DNA of 64,000 bases, taken from the NCBI GenBank assembly GCA_964016885.1, contig OZ024740.1:207638001-207702000 (forward strand), written 5' to 3'. The position numbers and the translations under genes were made by a program. The stretch is from Eledone cirrhosa (Eukaryota). Under the pieces are notes generated by a model. That model did no database searches and had not been told where the DNA came from. It saw only the letters and a list, made by a program, of their open reading frames with translations. Below, piece by piece: positions 12,577-26,592 of this stretch; within the stretch, counting starts at the first letter, position 1; every line of letters begins with the position of its first letter.

Positions 12577-13020
12577 TGGCCGCCACTGTATACTAGAGAA
12601 ACCGTTCTAAAACTGATCTCATTCCTCAGGTTCAAGGAAATATTTAAAGAAAACCCGTTATTCTACCAAAAATGGTTATAGTTTGGGAAGAGTTCCGTTC
12701 AAAAACAAGGGGGATAACCTTTCAAAGGAACTCTTCACAATGACCATTTTTTCATATAGTAACCAGTGTATTACTGGTACTTTATTTTATCGACCCCGTA
12801 AGGATGAAAGGCAAAGTTAATCCCGCCGAGGTTAACTTTGCCTTTCATCCTTACGGGGTCGATAAAATAAAGTACCAGTAATACACTGGTGAATTGCTGG
12901 CCTTGTGCCAAAAATAGAAACAATTTTTTCATATAGTAACAGTTTTTCTTTAAATCTGACCTTGCGCCTGACGATAGAGGTCAGTTTTAGAACGGTTCCT
13001 CCTGTATACAGTGGTGGCCA
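12577..13020. mobile_element. MITE with ~90-bp imperfect TIRs and TA flanks
   Basis: TA|TGGCCGCCACTGTATAC...AACCGTTCTAAAACTGA versus TCAGTTTTAGAACGGTT...GTATACAGTGGTGGCCA|TA. Confidence 0.75.
12764..12922 (+). mobile_element. 5'-truncated SINE with fold-back inverted duplication and 18-bp TSD
   Basis: Arms ~12763-12820 and 12832-12889. TSD attttttcatatagtaac at 12746-12763 and 12923-12940. Confidence 0.85.
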
Positions 13021-13030
13021 TATATTTATA

Positions 13031-13389
13031 AAGGGTGTCCCAAAATAATGTATACACACTTTCATTACCTGTACAGGCAATATTTATTAGAATGCACAGC
13101 CGTTCCCCCAAATAAATGATCTACAGACATAATTTAAATAATTGTTTCTACTTTTGGCACATGGCCAGCAATTACCCCAGGGCATTACTGGTGCTTTATT
13201 TTATCGACCCCCGTAAGGATGTAAGGTAGAGTTAACCTCGCCGGGATTTGAAGTCAGAACGTAACGGGCCATAACTCTATGCTGTAAAGCATGGTGTCTG
13301 ACGCTCTACCGATACTGCAAATCAACTGCCCCTGTAATAATATAAATAATGCATATAAAACAATTTATTTTTAAAGATTTTTAGACACC

Positions 13390-13392
<3 letters not shown>
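13031..13392. mobile_element. Tc1/mariner-like MITE carrying a nested minus-strand SINE (13141-13332)
   Basis: Termini AGGGTGTCCCAAAA and TTTTTAGACACCCTG with TA flanks. Confidence 0.6.
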
Positions 13393-13423
<31 letters not shown>

Positions 13424-13756
13424 GGTATCCCAAAAATGTAAACTCACGCCAATCTTTAAAAAAATATATATGTATGTATATATAATAAGCTTCTACACAG
13501 GTGCAGCCTACAACAGTTCAACTGACAAGTTATTGCCGAAGCTGTTATCATTATACACCGCATTATACACCGTAGTTTGTGGTGTTAAAGGATGGTCGAT
13601 GTATCCGTGAGAATGTGACAACATACAACATTGTATGTTTGTAATTGTTTGTATTTCAGTGTACAAATATGTTTAATGATGTATTCGCAACTATGCATAA
13701 TTAAAAATTGTTGTATACACACAAACACACACACACATACATACATACATACATGC

Positions 13757-13839
<83 letters not shown>

Positions 13840-13894
13840 CGTTTCTGAATTTGTTTAGCAAGATTCTTTATCTGAAAACGTGTGTTGAAACCGA

Positions 13895-14167
13895 TATATA
13901 TATAAACAAGAGAATGTCTGTATGTCTGTCTGTCAGCTCCCTAAAATTCGAGAACCACCCAATTGATTGTTTTCAAACTTTACACATGCAATACTTGTGG
14001 TCCTGTGAGTGTTTTGAGAAAAAAAATTTCAAATTTTCAATGCGCTAAGGACCGTTTTAGCGATCTCTCTCTATAATTCTTAGTCTTTCTTTTTAGATAG
14101 ATACATAGAGATAACGTTGCGCCCTTATAATATTTGTGTGTATGTCTGCATTACGACATTATGTCGC

Positions 14168-14265
<98 letters not shown>

Positions 14266-14721
14266 GTGTGTAACGTTTTACGAAATATTTACTTTTGCTT
14301 TCACAGATTGATTTTTTTAGTTTCAGAAGATCCCGTTAGGTGAAAGCACCGATTCTTTGCTTAAACTTTAATCTGTTATTTTAATATATATATATATACA
14401 AATATAAATTAGCGAGAATCGTATTTCGGCTTTGGAATTAGCGAAAAACAACTTCCGAGGTGTGTGGCAAGCGCTCAATAATTCTGACGAACCAGAGCTA
14501 CAACATATGTTAAAGGCCAAACACACTGAGACGATGGTTAAACCGTCATCCGCACACCCATAGAAACGACCAAGTAATTCGGGTCAAACAAATAAAAAAA
14601 TATGTGATTGAAAAATTTACCCGGACCCCTGGATGGTTGGTAAAATCCAGCATTTGGGTTTCTGCGACTCCTAAATCAAGTACTGTCCGCTTAGCCAAAT
14701 AATGTTAGGCTTCTGGTAAGA

Positions 14722-14815
<94 letters not shown>

Positions 14816-14957
14816 ATATTTATGTACAGATATTTTTTCATACAAAATAACAAAATATAAACACGTATTTATTTCACGAGGCTCGATAAGGATAAATATA
14901 TATCAAATATATATAACCCTAGAGCAAATCCCGAGCAACGCCGGGCCATTCTGCTAG
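13895..14957 (+). mobile_element. Non-autonomous Helitron-like element, copy 1
   Basis: 3' hairpin CCCGAGC-AAC-GCCGGG followed by CTAG|T; 5' GTCTGT repeats; internal segments shared with the next copy. Confidence 0.65.
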
Positions 14958-14958
14958 T

Positions 14959-15194
14959 ATATATCGAAAACAGAGAATGTCTGACATGTGTGAGTGTGAG
15001 TGTTTTGAGGAAAAAATATTTCAAATTTCAATGCCCTAGGGCCGCATTAGATAGCTATAACGTCGTGCCCTTATGATATCTGTCTGTAAATCTGGCTGTC
15101 TGTATTGCGACATTATGACACCATCTGTGTGTGTGTATATATATGTATATATATAGTGTGTGTATATATATAGTGTGTAACGTTTTTCGAAATG

Positions 15195-15281
<87 letters not shown>

Positions 15282-15587
15282 TATATATATAATTATATAT
15301 TCGTGTACAGATATTCGTGCATACACAAGAACAAAATATAAACACACGTATTTATTTCACGAGGATCAACAGCACCAAAAACAACAACAAAAAAGAGAAG
15401 GAACGCAATTACAGGCGTTTGAAAAATCTTAATGGAAATTTATTTGCCTATTCACCCAAGGCGACTTCACTTTTTATTAGGACTTCTGCATCAATTGGTG
15501 AACATACGATAAAACTGTTTCAGAAAGGAGGGAAAAACATGCCAATCTATGTTTAGAATCCCGAGCAACGCCGGGCCATTCTGCTAG
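14959..15587 (+). mobile_element. Non-autonomous Helitron-like element, copy 2 (tandem)
   Basis: Identical 3' end atcccgagcaacgccgggccattctgctagt. Confidence 0.65.
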
Positions 15588-15683
15588 TATATATTAAAAT
15601 AACAGTATATATTAAGAATAATCTAAATAAAGTTATTGAACGAAAATGACAGAGGTTATTAAAATGTTATTATTATTACTATA

Positions 15684-16082
<399 letters not shown>

Positions 16083-16230
16083 TTATTATTGTTTTTTTTC
16101 TCTCTCTCTCTCTCTATATATATATATAGGAGAAAGTATGACCCGACGGCAGAACTAAAGCTGTTTCGACGGCTATTTCTGGTACCCTGGTGCGTTATGG
16201 TCCATCTGGTTCCTTACCACAACTCCTCCG

Positions 16231-16281
<51 letters not shown>

Positions 16282-16289
16282 TATTGAAA

Positions 16290-17215
16290 TTTCCGTTGGA
16301 AACAGAAAAGGTCATAGAAGTGAAGAGTGCTCTATGTAAGTATCAGAGCAAAATTTAATGTATAAAAATCAATACAATATAATTACCTCATTACCAGAGG
16401 TTTCCCGAATGAGGCGAATACGAAAGAAACGTCTTCATTCGTTCGTCAGACGAGGCAATATAAAACATGGGTAAATACTTGGAAAGTCTCATCCAGAAAA
16501 TCAAAAAAAGGGTATAGACAAATGAATTAGAAATTGAAATATATAAAAATCTATCAAGAAATATAGTTAGGTGTGTGTATATGTATGTATATACGCTCAC
16601 AGATGTGCATATATGTGTATGCACATATGTATACGTATAGTGAAAAAGTGTGCGTAAATATATAATTTAGGGCAAATGTATCTGTATGTCTGTAATCTAC
16701 AGACAGAATAGATACATCATAAGGATATGAATATGAAGACACGCGCATAAACACACCTACACACACGTACACTTAGATGCGGAAGTAAAAGAGGTAAGGG
16801 AGTGTAATAATTAAAGGAAAGTATCAATCTCGATATATTTATAAAAATGTAACAATAAATTAGAAAGAAAAAATTTTTAGAAAGAAAAAATTAAAGAAAA
16901 GAAGGCAAAAAAGGGTACATACATACACAGACACGCATATCTCACAAAAGAAACGCAAAAATATACATGCTTATATACACACGCACACTTACACATCCAT
17001 ACGTTCGATGCGTACATACACACACGCACACACGCATACTTACACTCACGCATATTGACCTGTTTGTATGCACACGCATAAACATGAGTAAGTAAAAAGG
17101 GGGTGGGGGGAGAAGAAAAAAGGAACAAACCATAAAACCTAGATGTCAAAACACGGATATAAAGACACATACACATACGCATAATAATTACATACACACA
17201 CACACACATATATAT

Positions 17216-17264
<49 letters not shown>

Positions 17265-19345
17265 CACGCACGCGCGCGCACATACGTAGTCGCTCATATA
17301 CATATATAGAAAGTATACACACATTAAGGCGTTCAGCCATATTGATACAGGGTGTAAAAAACTTGTGGATAAGTAAGTACAAATATAAAATTGTAAGATT
17401 GGCTGCGCAAAAATAAAAAAAATTAAAATAAAAATGAAAAATATATCTGGATTGGAAAACACAAATAACATGTGTAATCAGTTAGTGAAGGAAAAAGGGA
17501 AGTAAAAAAAGGGGAAGTAAAAAATGGAAAGTGAATCGGAGAATAAAGGGGGGGGGGGTTATTGGTGGATATGAAGTAAAAAAAAAAAAATAAATAAATA
17601 AAAAAAAATAAAAAAATAAGAATAAAAATAATTGAAATTATTGACAAGGATAAAAATGAAAGTAAGTCAGAAAGGGTAATTAAAAAGAGAATAATAAGAG
17701 TTTATGGAGGATAAGTATCTGAAAGTGTGTTAAGTTTATATGAGCTGGAAAGCAGGTGTGATTTCATGTGTGGGCAACTGGTGAAAATTTCCGTCTTTGT
17801 GTTCAGGCAGGTCTTTGGTGATTTTAGATTTTGCAATATCCAATATTTTTCATTTATGCAGAGCGTGCATTTTCTTGTTCCTCTAGCATATTCTTTAGAT
17901 TGGTTCAAAATTGACCAATCTAATTTATATTGGATGCCTTGGTCTTTCAAATTCCAAATTCTGCTAGCCAGAGCTGTTGTAAATCTTTTTTCTGGATGTC
18001 GAAAGGATGCGACATGTGAGTAATAACGCGTTTTGAATTTGTCTTGCGTCATACCCACATATCGTTCACTGGTGGCTGGATGGTTGTTGCTGGTGGTTGT
18101 CACTTTAGCCGCATATACAATGGCTTTGGTGTTGCATTTACCTTGTAATGGGCATTCACTTTTGATTCTACAGGAGCAAGTTTGATTTTCTCTAGGTGAT
18201 ATTTTGTTGAGGATATAGGACTTAATAGGGGGACCGCAGGAATAGCTAATTTTGACACAGTTTCTGTTAAAGATCTTATAGTATCTATGTGTTCTAGGGA
18301 AATGTTTATCTAGGAGCTCAAGAAATTTTTTGCCTACATTAGTTTTAACTGCTAGAGAGTGAACTGTTAGGGGGGGGGGGGGTGAACCAGATTATTTTTC
18401 TTTTCCTATTTTTATGTTTAATAGAGTTAGTATAGTTAGGTGTGTATTTAATCGGTTCGCTAAAACCGCTATTTTGGAGGGCTTTATTATAGTAGGGGGA
18501 TGCCTTATTAAAAATAGCTTCTGAGGAAGAGAGGGTGGAGATCCTACGGCTAATATTAGGGATAAGGTTTTTAAAAACTATAGGTGGATGACAAGATCCT
18601 TTATTTATATATTTTAAGTTTTCATTAGGTTTATGGTATGGTTTATAAGAAGCAGTAGGCAAATCTAGGTTTATATCTAGGAAATCTACGTTGGAAAGGT
18701 TAGTGTCAATAGTAATTTTAAGATTAAAACTAGCGAAGGTTTTTATTAAGTCTTTCCTTAATCTATCTAAGTTATGGCCTATGGTGGTATGGGAAAGTAT
18801 TAGACCATCGTCGCGATAAAGCCCCAAAATATGGTTAGGAAATTTTTCTTTAAGTGTATGTAAGAGGAATAGGCCGACTAGATCGCAAACATCAGCACTG
18901 TCGTAAGAGCCCATTGAGACATCGAATGGGTTCTCTGGGTTAGATATTTTTACCCAAGTGTCATTATCATTAAAAAGTAGAGTGTTCCTAGCATGCAAGA
19001 TGACATTCTCTTCAATATCGGAGATATTAGTAAACCCTCTAGCGAAATTTAAAGCTTTCGCTAAAAGGGTCTGAGTAATAGATGGGTAGAAATTTACAAT
19101 GTCAAATTGGGTGAATCTAGAACTTATTTTGTTTTTAATATTATTAAACCAATGTACTACGGAAGAGCTATTTACCCATTGGAGTAATTTAGACTTACTT
19201 CTAATGTGTGTATTTAATTTATTTAAAATTTTTTTGCTGGCAAGACCAATATCAGTCTTAGCAGGGTTGATTAATCTACAACTAGGACGATTAATAAAGT
19301 CGGGTTTATGATCTTTAAGGGTGATATACGCAGAACGTTTAGCAA
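16290..19345 (-). mobile_element. Penelope-like element (RT and GIY-YIG, 5'-truncated) with 3' terminal region
   Basis: ORF 18345-18998 FDVSMGSYDSADVCDLVG...GLYRDDG...VDFLDI; linker CSCRIKSECPLQGKC; ORF 17702-18103 YVGMTQDKFKTRYYSH...CTLCINEK...CPH. Confidence 0.88.
16382..16459 (-). ncRNA. Type I hammerhead ribozyme in PLE 3' terminus
   Basis: ATTGCCTCGT-CTGACGA-A-CGAATGA...TCATTCG-G-GAAA-CC-TCT-GG-TA-ATGAGGTAAT: 10-bp stem I, 7-bp stem II, GUA triplet. Confidence 0.85.
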
Positions 19346-19784
19346 GTTTTTCTGTCCTATTATCTATATATATATATATTTATATATATATATATATATA
19401 TATACATAACAAAGGAGGTGTGGTAAGGAACCAGATGGACCATAACGCACCAGAGTACTCGATACTTAGGGTAGTAGAGTGGGTAATAGGAAACAGTTTA
19501 ACCCCCGACGGCAGAGCTCAAGCCGTTTCGATGGCTATTTCTTGAGCTCTGCCGTCGGGATTGAACTTTTTCCTATATATATATATATATAAGTTAAAAC
19601 AGAAAACAAAAGCAATAACGAAGAGTTCGGTACAAAGTGTTAGTATTAGATTCACGCTTGAGAGTGGGGGGGGGGGGGCTTTTCGGGCATAAGGCCTTCA
19701 TCAGGAGAAAAGCTGTTCGTCGGAGAAACAATTGTAATACCTTAATAAATTGAGTTTCGATGCATCACTGATTCTTCGTTTTCC

Positions 19785-19837
<53 letters not shown>

Positions 19838-19841
19838 TATT

Positions 19842-20689
19842 CTAAGGCGGGTAAAATTCCCGAGATCCATGGACGAGTTCTTTCCAGCGGTCTCTGTCCC
19901 GCATTATCGTTGCCATATCCTGCGTCTCCGATAGACCAGTGTCTGTCCTTAGGGCATCAACATACGTTAACCTTGGTCTTCCTCTTCTAGTGTGTCCATG
20001 TAGGGGCTCCCAAAGGAGCACTGAGTGCAATGTTAACTCTGGATGTCGGTGAGCATGTCCAGCCAACCTCAGTCTCTCGTATGCGCCTTGCACTGGAGAA
20101 ACACCAGGACTCTGGCTTTATTGTAGCACCGGCTCAGAGCAGGAGAGTTAGGGCGAAAAAGGTATCGGATGCTGAATTTGCCGACGACATAGTTTTGGTG
20201 ACAAATACAGTGAAGGAGACAGAGGATTTGATGCGGGAGGTTGAGACTGTGTCGATGAGTGTGGGGCTGAGAATGAATGAGACTAAAACAATATATCTGG
20301 TAGAGAATGTTGAGAAGCCAGAGAGGATCACTAATGTAGGCGGGAAGCCGCTAGAATTGGTTGAGGGCTTCCTGTATTTGGGAGCAAAGATTGGGAATAC
20401 GGAAGATGATGTGGTTGAGAGGAAGTGCAAAGCCTGGGCGGCGTGCCACAGCTTGAGATAGGTGTGGAAGTCGGACCTTCGTAGAGACCTGAAAATCCGC
20501 CTCTTCATTGCTGTAGTGGAGTCTGTGCTGCTGTATGGGTCTGAGACTTGGACACTGACCAAGAAACTCACTCAGATGGTGGATGGGTGCTACACGAGAA
20601 TGCTGAGGATGGCTCTGAACATTAATCAGTATACACTGAGGATGAAAAACTCAGAGCTGTATGGGAGCATCCCAAGAGTCAGCTCAAAT

Positions 20690-20692
<3 letters not shown>
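19842..20692 (-). mobile_element. RTE-type LINE 3' fragment with inverted 5' part
   Basis: Minus 19842-20078 (RLRLAGH...GRPRLTYVD) abuts plus 20079-20692 (EFADDIVL...FLYLG...LLYGSETW...IPRVSSNV). Confidence 0.85.
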
Positions 20693-20777
<85 letters not shown>

Positions 20778-20837
20778 AGTATTATATATATATAGTATAT
20801 ATATATATATATAGTATTAGTATTATATATATTATAT

Positions 20838-20872
<35 letters not shown>

Positions 20873-21057
20873 TTAATACAATAACAGAGATAGTTTAAAG
20901 CTAAACTCTGACTGATAACCATCTCACTCAACAAACATTAGGTTATATTAAAATATAAACCCAATTTAAGTGTTTGGGGTGCTAACAATATGTATAATGT
21001 GGAAAAACCAGTTGTATTATTTTATGAGATATAATTAAAGTTAAAGTATATCTCTCT

Positions 21058-21183
21058 TTCCAAACAATTGTTTCATTATAAGTTTTCTACAAGTTTGGGA
21101 GAATGTTTCCAGTTTATGTAGAAGCCTAATATATATTCATGTAAGAATATATTTAGGTGGGCACTTATAAATCATCAGTGGAA
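21058..21183 (-). ncRNA. Type I hammerhead ribozyme with branched stem II
   Basis: TTCCA-CTGATGA-T-TTATAAGT...ACTTATAA-T-GAAA-CAATTG-TT-TGGAA. Confidence 0.8.
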
Positions 21184-22064
21184 GCCTATTAAACATTGAA
21201 ATAAGAAAACAATTTCTTACCGCTGTCAAAAATCATGTCCGTAAAGTTGCTCTCTCTCACCTCGAATGACCGCCAAATTTGAAATTCCAGCAGTTTTTGA
21301 CTGAGAAAGTATCATAGCGACACGAAGCGGGAAGGGGAGACAACCCACGATCCACGAAATGAGGAAAAAAATAATATACACGCGGGTTAATTAGTTTTTT
21401 TGAAAACATTATCAATCCAACGTGTTTAAGAACTCAATTGAAAATAAAAAAATAAATATATGCTTGTATAAATTACACACGCATATAAATATTTTCTTAG
21501 GCTAAATCAGAAGTTGTACCCGAATAAGAACAGCTTCTCATAACCACAGTAAATGCAGAAAGTTATGCTATAAAGGGCAAATGGGAATATGATTCTCCGG
21601 CCGAATTATTAAGAGTAAAATATAAAACACACGCGGGTTAATTAGTTATTTCAAAACCAATATTAATTCCTCGTGTAAAGAACTCAATTAATAAAAGAAA
21701 ATAAATGCATATATGCATGTAATTATATTCGTAGGCATATATATATATTTTCCTAGGCTAAAAAACAGAGAAATTACAACCAAAAAAAGCCACAATATTT
21801 CACAACAGTAATAAATACAGAAAGTCAAATTCATAAGGTGCCTGGAAATAAACACCTATGGCCAATCAAGAGCAAATAATTAATACAATAACAGAGATAG
21901 TTTAAAGCTAAACTCTGACTGGTAACCATCTCACTCAACAAACATTAGGTTATATTAAAATATAAACCCAATTTAAGTGTTTGGGGTGCTAACAATATGT
22001 ATAATGTGGAAAAACCAGTTGTATTATTTTATGAGATATAATTAAAGTTAAAGTATATCTCTCT

Positions 22065-22190
22065 TTCCAAACAATTGTTTCATTATAAGTTTTCTACAAG
22101 TTTGGGAGAATGTTTCCAGTTTATGTAGAAGCCTAATATATATTCATGTAAGAATATATTTAGGTGGGCACTTATAAATCATCAGTGGAA
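22065..22190 (-). ncRNA. Type I hammerhead ribozyme (second copy)
   Basis: Same sequence as 21058-21183, 1007 nt away. Confidence 0.8.
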
Positions 22191-22355
22191 GCCCATTAAA
22201 CATTAAAATAAGAAAACAATTTCTTACGGCTGTCAAAAATCATGTCCGTAAAGTTGCTCTCTCTCATCTCAAATGACCGCCAAATTTGAAATTCCAGCAG
22301 TTTTTGACTGAGGAAGTATCATAGCGACACGAAGCGGGAAGGGGAGACTTCTTGT

Positions 22356-22489
<134 letters not shown>

Positions 22490-22997
22490 TATATGATAAA
22501 CACAAAACGTTCTTGCATTGTAACAGACAAAGTTAGCTATTAATGAAATAAACTAATTAAAGTGAATACAATTTGTCTCTCTCGATATAAGTCAATAAAG
22601 ACAAGCTTATATTGGCAAAGGCCTTTGCCAATATAAGCTTGTCTTTATTGACTTATATCGAGAGAGACAAATTGTATTCACTTTAATTAGTTTATTTCAT
22701 TAATAGCTAACTTTGTCTGTTACAATGCAAGCACGTTTTGTGTTTATCATATATTTTAATGTATTTAACTGCTCGGAAATGCCCCTTTTCTTGGAGCTGG
22801 ATTATTGTAAACGACTGAGAGTTTATTCTCAAAATATAATATAGTATATTGCTCCTTAACTGTAGAGCTGATCTTTAATCCCGCATAAACGGCTGTTATT
22901 TTTTAGCACCGGGAATGCGGGACGGCTAATTTGGCCTGGCTGCACACGTGTAGTCAGACCTGCTAAATTTTTGATGTGAAATATACTAATTTTATTG

Positions 22998-23173
22998 GGT
23001 TCCTGTTGATAAGCACAGAAGATTTGGTTATTTCACTTTTTATTTCAATTCCATTTCGATTCTCTTTATTTTTCAATTCACGTACCACCGTTGCGAAACG
23101 GATTTGGGTTTCGAGGTTCAAATTCATCTACGGAGCAGGTTTGGATTTTGAAATTTAAATTTGTCCAGGAACC
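22998..23173 (+). ncRNA. Type I hammerhead ribozyme, U3-A8 core (family B)
   Basis: GGTTCCTG-TTGATAA-GCA...TGC-GAAA-(27-bp stem III)-GTC-CAGGAACC; predicted cleavage after 23165. Confidence 0.82.
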
Positions 23174-23552
23174 ATGGCCTTTGCCAATATAAGCTTGTCT
23201 TTACTGACTTATATCGAGACAGACAAATTGTATTCACTTTAATTAGTTTATTTCATTAATAGCTAACTTTGTATGTTACAATGCAAGCACGTTTTGTGTT
23301 TATCATATATTTTAATGTATTTAACTGCTCGGAAATGCCCCTTTTCTTGGAGCTGGATTATTGTAAACGACTGAGAGTTTATTCTCAAAATATAATATAG
23401 TATATTGCTCCTTAACTGTAGAGCTGATCTTTAATCCCGCATAAACGGCTGTTATTTTTAGCACCGGGAATGCGGGACGGTTAATTTGGCCTGGCTGCAC
23501 ACGTGTAGTCAGACCTGCTAAATTTTTGATGTGAAATATACTAATTTTACTG

Positions 23553-23728
23553 GGTTCCTGTTGATAAGCACAGAAGATTTGGATATTTCACTTTTTATTT
23601 CAATTCCATTTCGATTCTCTTTATTTTTCAATTCACGTACCACCGTTGCGAAACGGATTTGGGTTTCGGGGTTCAAATTCATCTACGGAGCAGGTTTGGA
23701 TTTTGAAATTTAAATTTGTCCAGGAACC
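23553..23728 (+). ncRNA. Type I hammerhead ribozyme, U3-A8 core (family B, second unit)
   Basis: Same motif 555 nt downstream; predicted cleavage after 23720. Confidence 0.82.
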
Positions 23729-24345
23729 ATGGCCTTTGCCAATATAAGCTTGTCTTTACTGACTTATATCGAGACAGACAAATTGTATTCACTTTAATTA
23801 GTTTATTTCATTAATAGCTAACTTTGTCTGTTACAATGCAAGCACGTTTTGTGTTTATCATATATTTTAATGTATTTAACTGCTCGGAAATGCCCCTTTT
23901 CTTGGAGCTGGATTATTGTAAACGACTGAGAGTTTATTCTCAAAATATAATATAGTATATATATATATATATATAATATGGAAAAAGAAGAATCAGTGAT
24001 GCATCGAAACTCAATTTATTAAGGTATTACAATTGTTTCTCCGACGAACAGCTTTTCTCCTGATGAAGGCCTTATGCCCGAAAAGTCCCCCCCCCACTCT
24101 CAAGCGTGAATCTAATACTAACACTTTGTACCGAACTCTTCGTTATTGCTTTTGTTTTCTGTTTTAACTTATATATATATAGGAAAAAGTTTAACCCCGA
24201 CGGCAGTGCTCAAGAAATAGCCATCGAAACGGCTTGAGCTCTGCCGTCGGGGGTTAAACTTTTTCCTATTACCCACTCTACTACCCTAAGTATCGAGTAC
24301 TCTGGTGCGTTATGGTCCATCTGGTTCCTTACCACACCTCCTTTG

Positions 24346-24398
<53 letters not shown>

Positions 24399-24593
24399 GA
24401 AGAACGGACGTAAAACGGTGATGATGATGATGATGATATATATATTGTTATACTTGGGGAGGGTCATATTTGTGTAATAATAATGCCAGAATTAATAACA
24501 GAACACACTAACTGTTTGGTTGGTTTTCGCCAATGAACCAGACTAAATAAAGATGGCGTAAGCATACAATGCAACGAGAGGAAACATAATAGC

Positions 24594-24636
24594 ACCACTG
24601 ACGATGTTGCAGATGTGCAACGAAAGAACTTTGATA
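24594..24636 (+). ncRNA. Minimal hammerhead ribozyme (family A)
   Basis: CTGACGA-T-GTTGCA-GATG-TGCAAC-GAAAGAACTT, lying between inverted repeats 24441-24530 and 24750-24835. Confidence 0.6.
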
Positions 24637-24874
24637 GACTATATATATGTGTTTGTGTCTATATTGTATCTGTATTTTTGACCGTCGGTCATTCAATGGC
24701 AATATTGAGGACCGAATAAATTAAATTAACCGATATAAAAGACACAGAAGCGAAAACCAACCAAACAGTGAGTGTGTTCTGTTATTAATTCTGGCAATAT
24801 TACACAAATATGACCTTCCCCAATTATAACAATATTTTGTTTCGACACACGATTTCATATCAAAAACCTCGCAA

Positions 24875-24936
<62 letters not shown>

Positions 24937-25040
24937 TTTGAAAGTCATAAATATCAAATGTACCAGAAGTAAAACACCATTTAAACATTAATGTAATGTT
25001 TAATGTAGCTTTAGTTATAGGACATCTAGAAAGCATAGAC

Positions 25041-25081
<41 letters not shown>

Positions 25082-25089
25082 ATATATTA

Positions 25090-25146
<57 letters not shown>

Positions 25147-25274
25147 GCATATATGTTACATATAAATAAATAAATATATATATACATACACTCACACATA
25201 CACATGCACCCACCACACACACACACACATATATATATACATACATATATACATACATACATACATATATATAT

Positions 25275-25306
<32 letters not shown>

Positions 25307-26592
25307 ATGTGTATCTGTGTGTGTGTGTATATATATATATATGTATAAATAATATATATACATGTATATATATACATCCACATACACACACAAATACATA
25401 CTTGCATAGAAATGTGTGCATATCATTTTTGTGTGCAAGTATATGGTAAATGTGTGTGTGTGTATATAGATATGTACTATTGTAAACTATATATATAAGT
25501 AGATGTGCACATATGTGTATATACTGTCTATCAGTATATACAAGTGCAGCTGTGTAGTATATAATTCTAGAAATATTGATTAAATCACGAACTATATCTC
25601 TAAAGACTTTATTATTCTCATAAACAGGAGAGCGGAACCCAATGATTACGTCGTAAATGTTACTTATTTATTGCTACTTTTCTCTATTATTTCACAGATA
25701 ACATGTCCCCACCCTCAGCGATACCCACCACCCTAACATTTGATATGTTACTATAGTACTCGTTAAAAGAATTCGATCTGATTAAAACCTGAAACTAAAG
25801 AGTTGGTAAACTTCTATTCGTCTTTTCTTACATCCACATATATTGTATATATATATGTATGGACCCATAACGCCTGATGGGTTTCTAGATGTTCAGTCAT
25901 GATATACAGCGTGTCTTAGGCATGTTAGACATGGTGGAACCCCTCACTTTCCAGTTCTAAACTCAACTGATTTCTTTCAGACAAGGAGAGATCATGGTAC
26001 ATAGGAAATGAGAATGGGATATAGAGGAAGGATTGTTCCCAATAGTTGATTGGTTCTTTATTTATCGACATCGAAAAGATGAAAGGTAAAGTTGACCTCG
26101 GTGGGATTTGAACTCAGACAACACAGAGAACCGAAACACAAAGTTTACTATCTGACGCTCTAATGATGCTACCGATTTGTCACTTTCCATTCATACAATG
26201 GGTCATAGTTTTCTTCTTTCTGAATGACGGCTGTGTTATAATTAGGATCTGAGTGTGTGTAGCATCTTTCCTAGTACCTGTAAACATGTAAACATGTATT
26301 TGTCGATCTGGTTTCGATGAATAACAAAGTCTACCTGTACGACGGTATTTAAGCAAAGAATATAAACCGAATAGAGTAATACTTTTCTCTCAGATTTGCT
26401 GATTCTGCTACCCGTGGGCAACTTAGCTAATTCTGCTCCTTCTTTTATTAACTAATTCTTTATTTACCATCGTGACAACTCTCTCAGTCTTCCTTCCTCG
26501 CTTTTGACGAAATTTAATAACATTTTCCTCCTTCCTGCATTTTAATTTGCACGACTTGCTTGTACTGAATTCTGTCTTTTTTTCCAGTCGTA

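Larger units (their letters stand above)
20873..22348 (-). mobile_element. Retrozyme-like non-coding element: two ~470-bp direct repeats (period 1007), each with an HHR
   Basis: Repeats 20873-21341 and 21880-22348 are nearly identical. No long ORF; bounded by (TA)n. Confidence 0.75.

Noticed and set aside
17702-18190. Selenocysteine recoding, reported for some PLE lineages with a CxC-x5-C linker
   Set aside because: Conserved Cys positions here and at 40073-40510 are TGY codons. The TGA near 59682 is not at a Cys position and lies in a decayed copy.
24056-24090. CTGATGA-AGGCCTTATGCCC-GAAA motif (also ~19680, 50956, ~55280)
   Set aside because: Core and stem II are present but the 3' strand of stem I is replaced by a C-run, so these were not counted as complete ribozymes.
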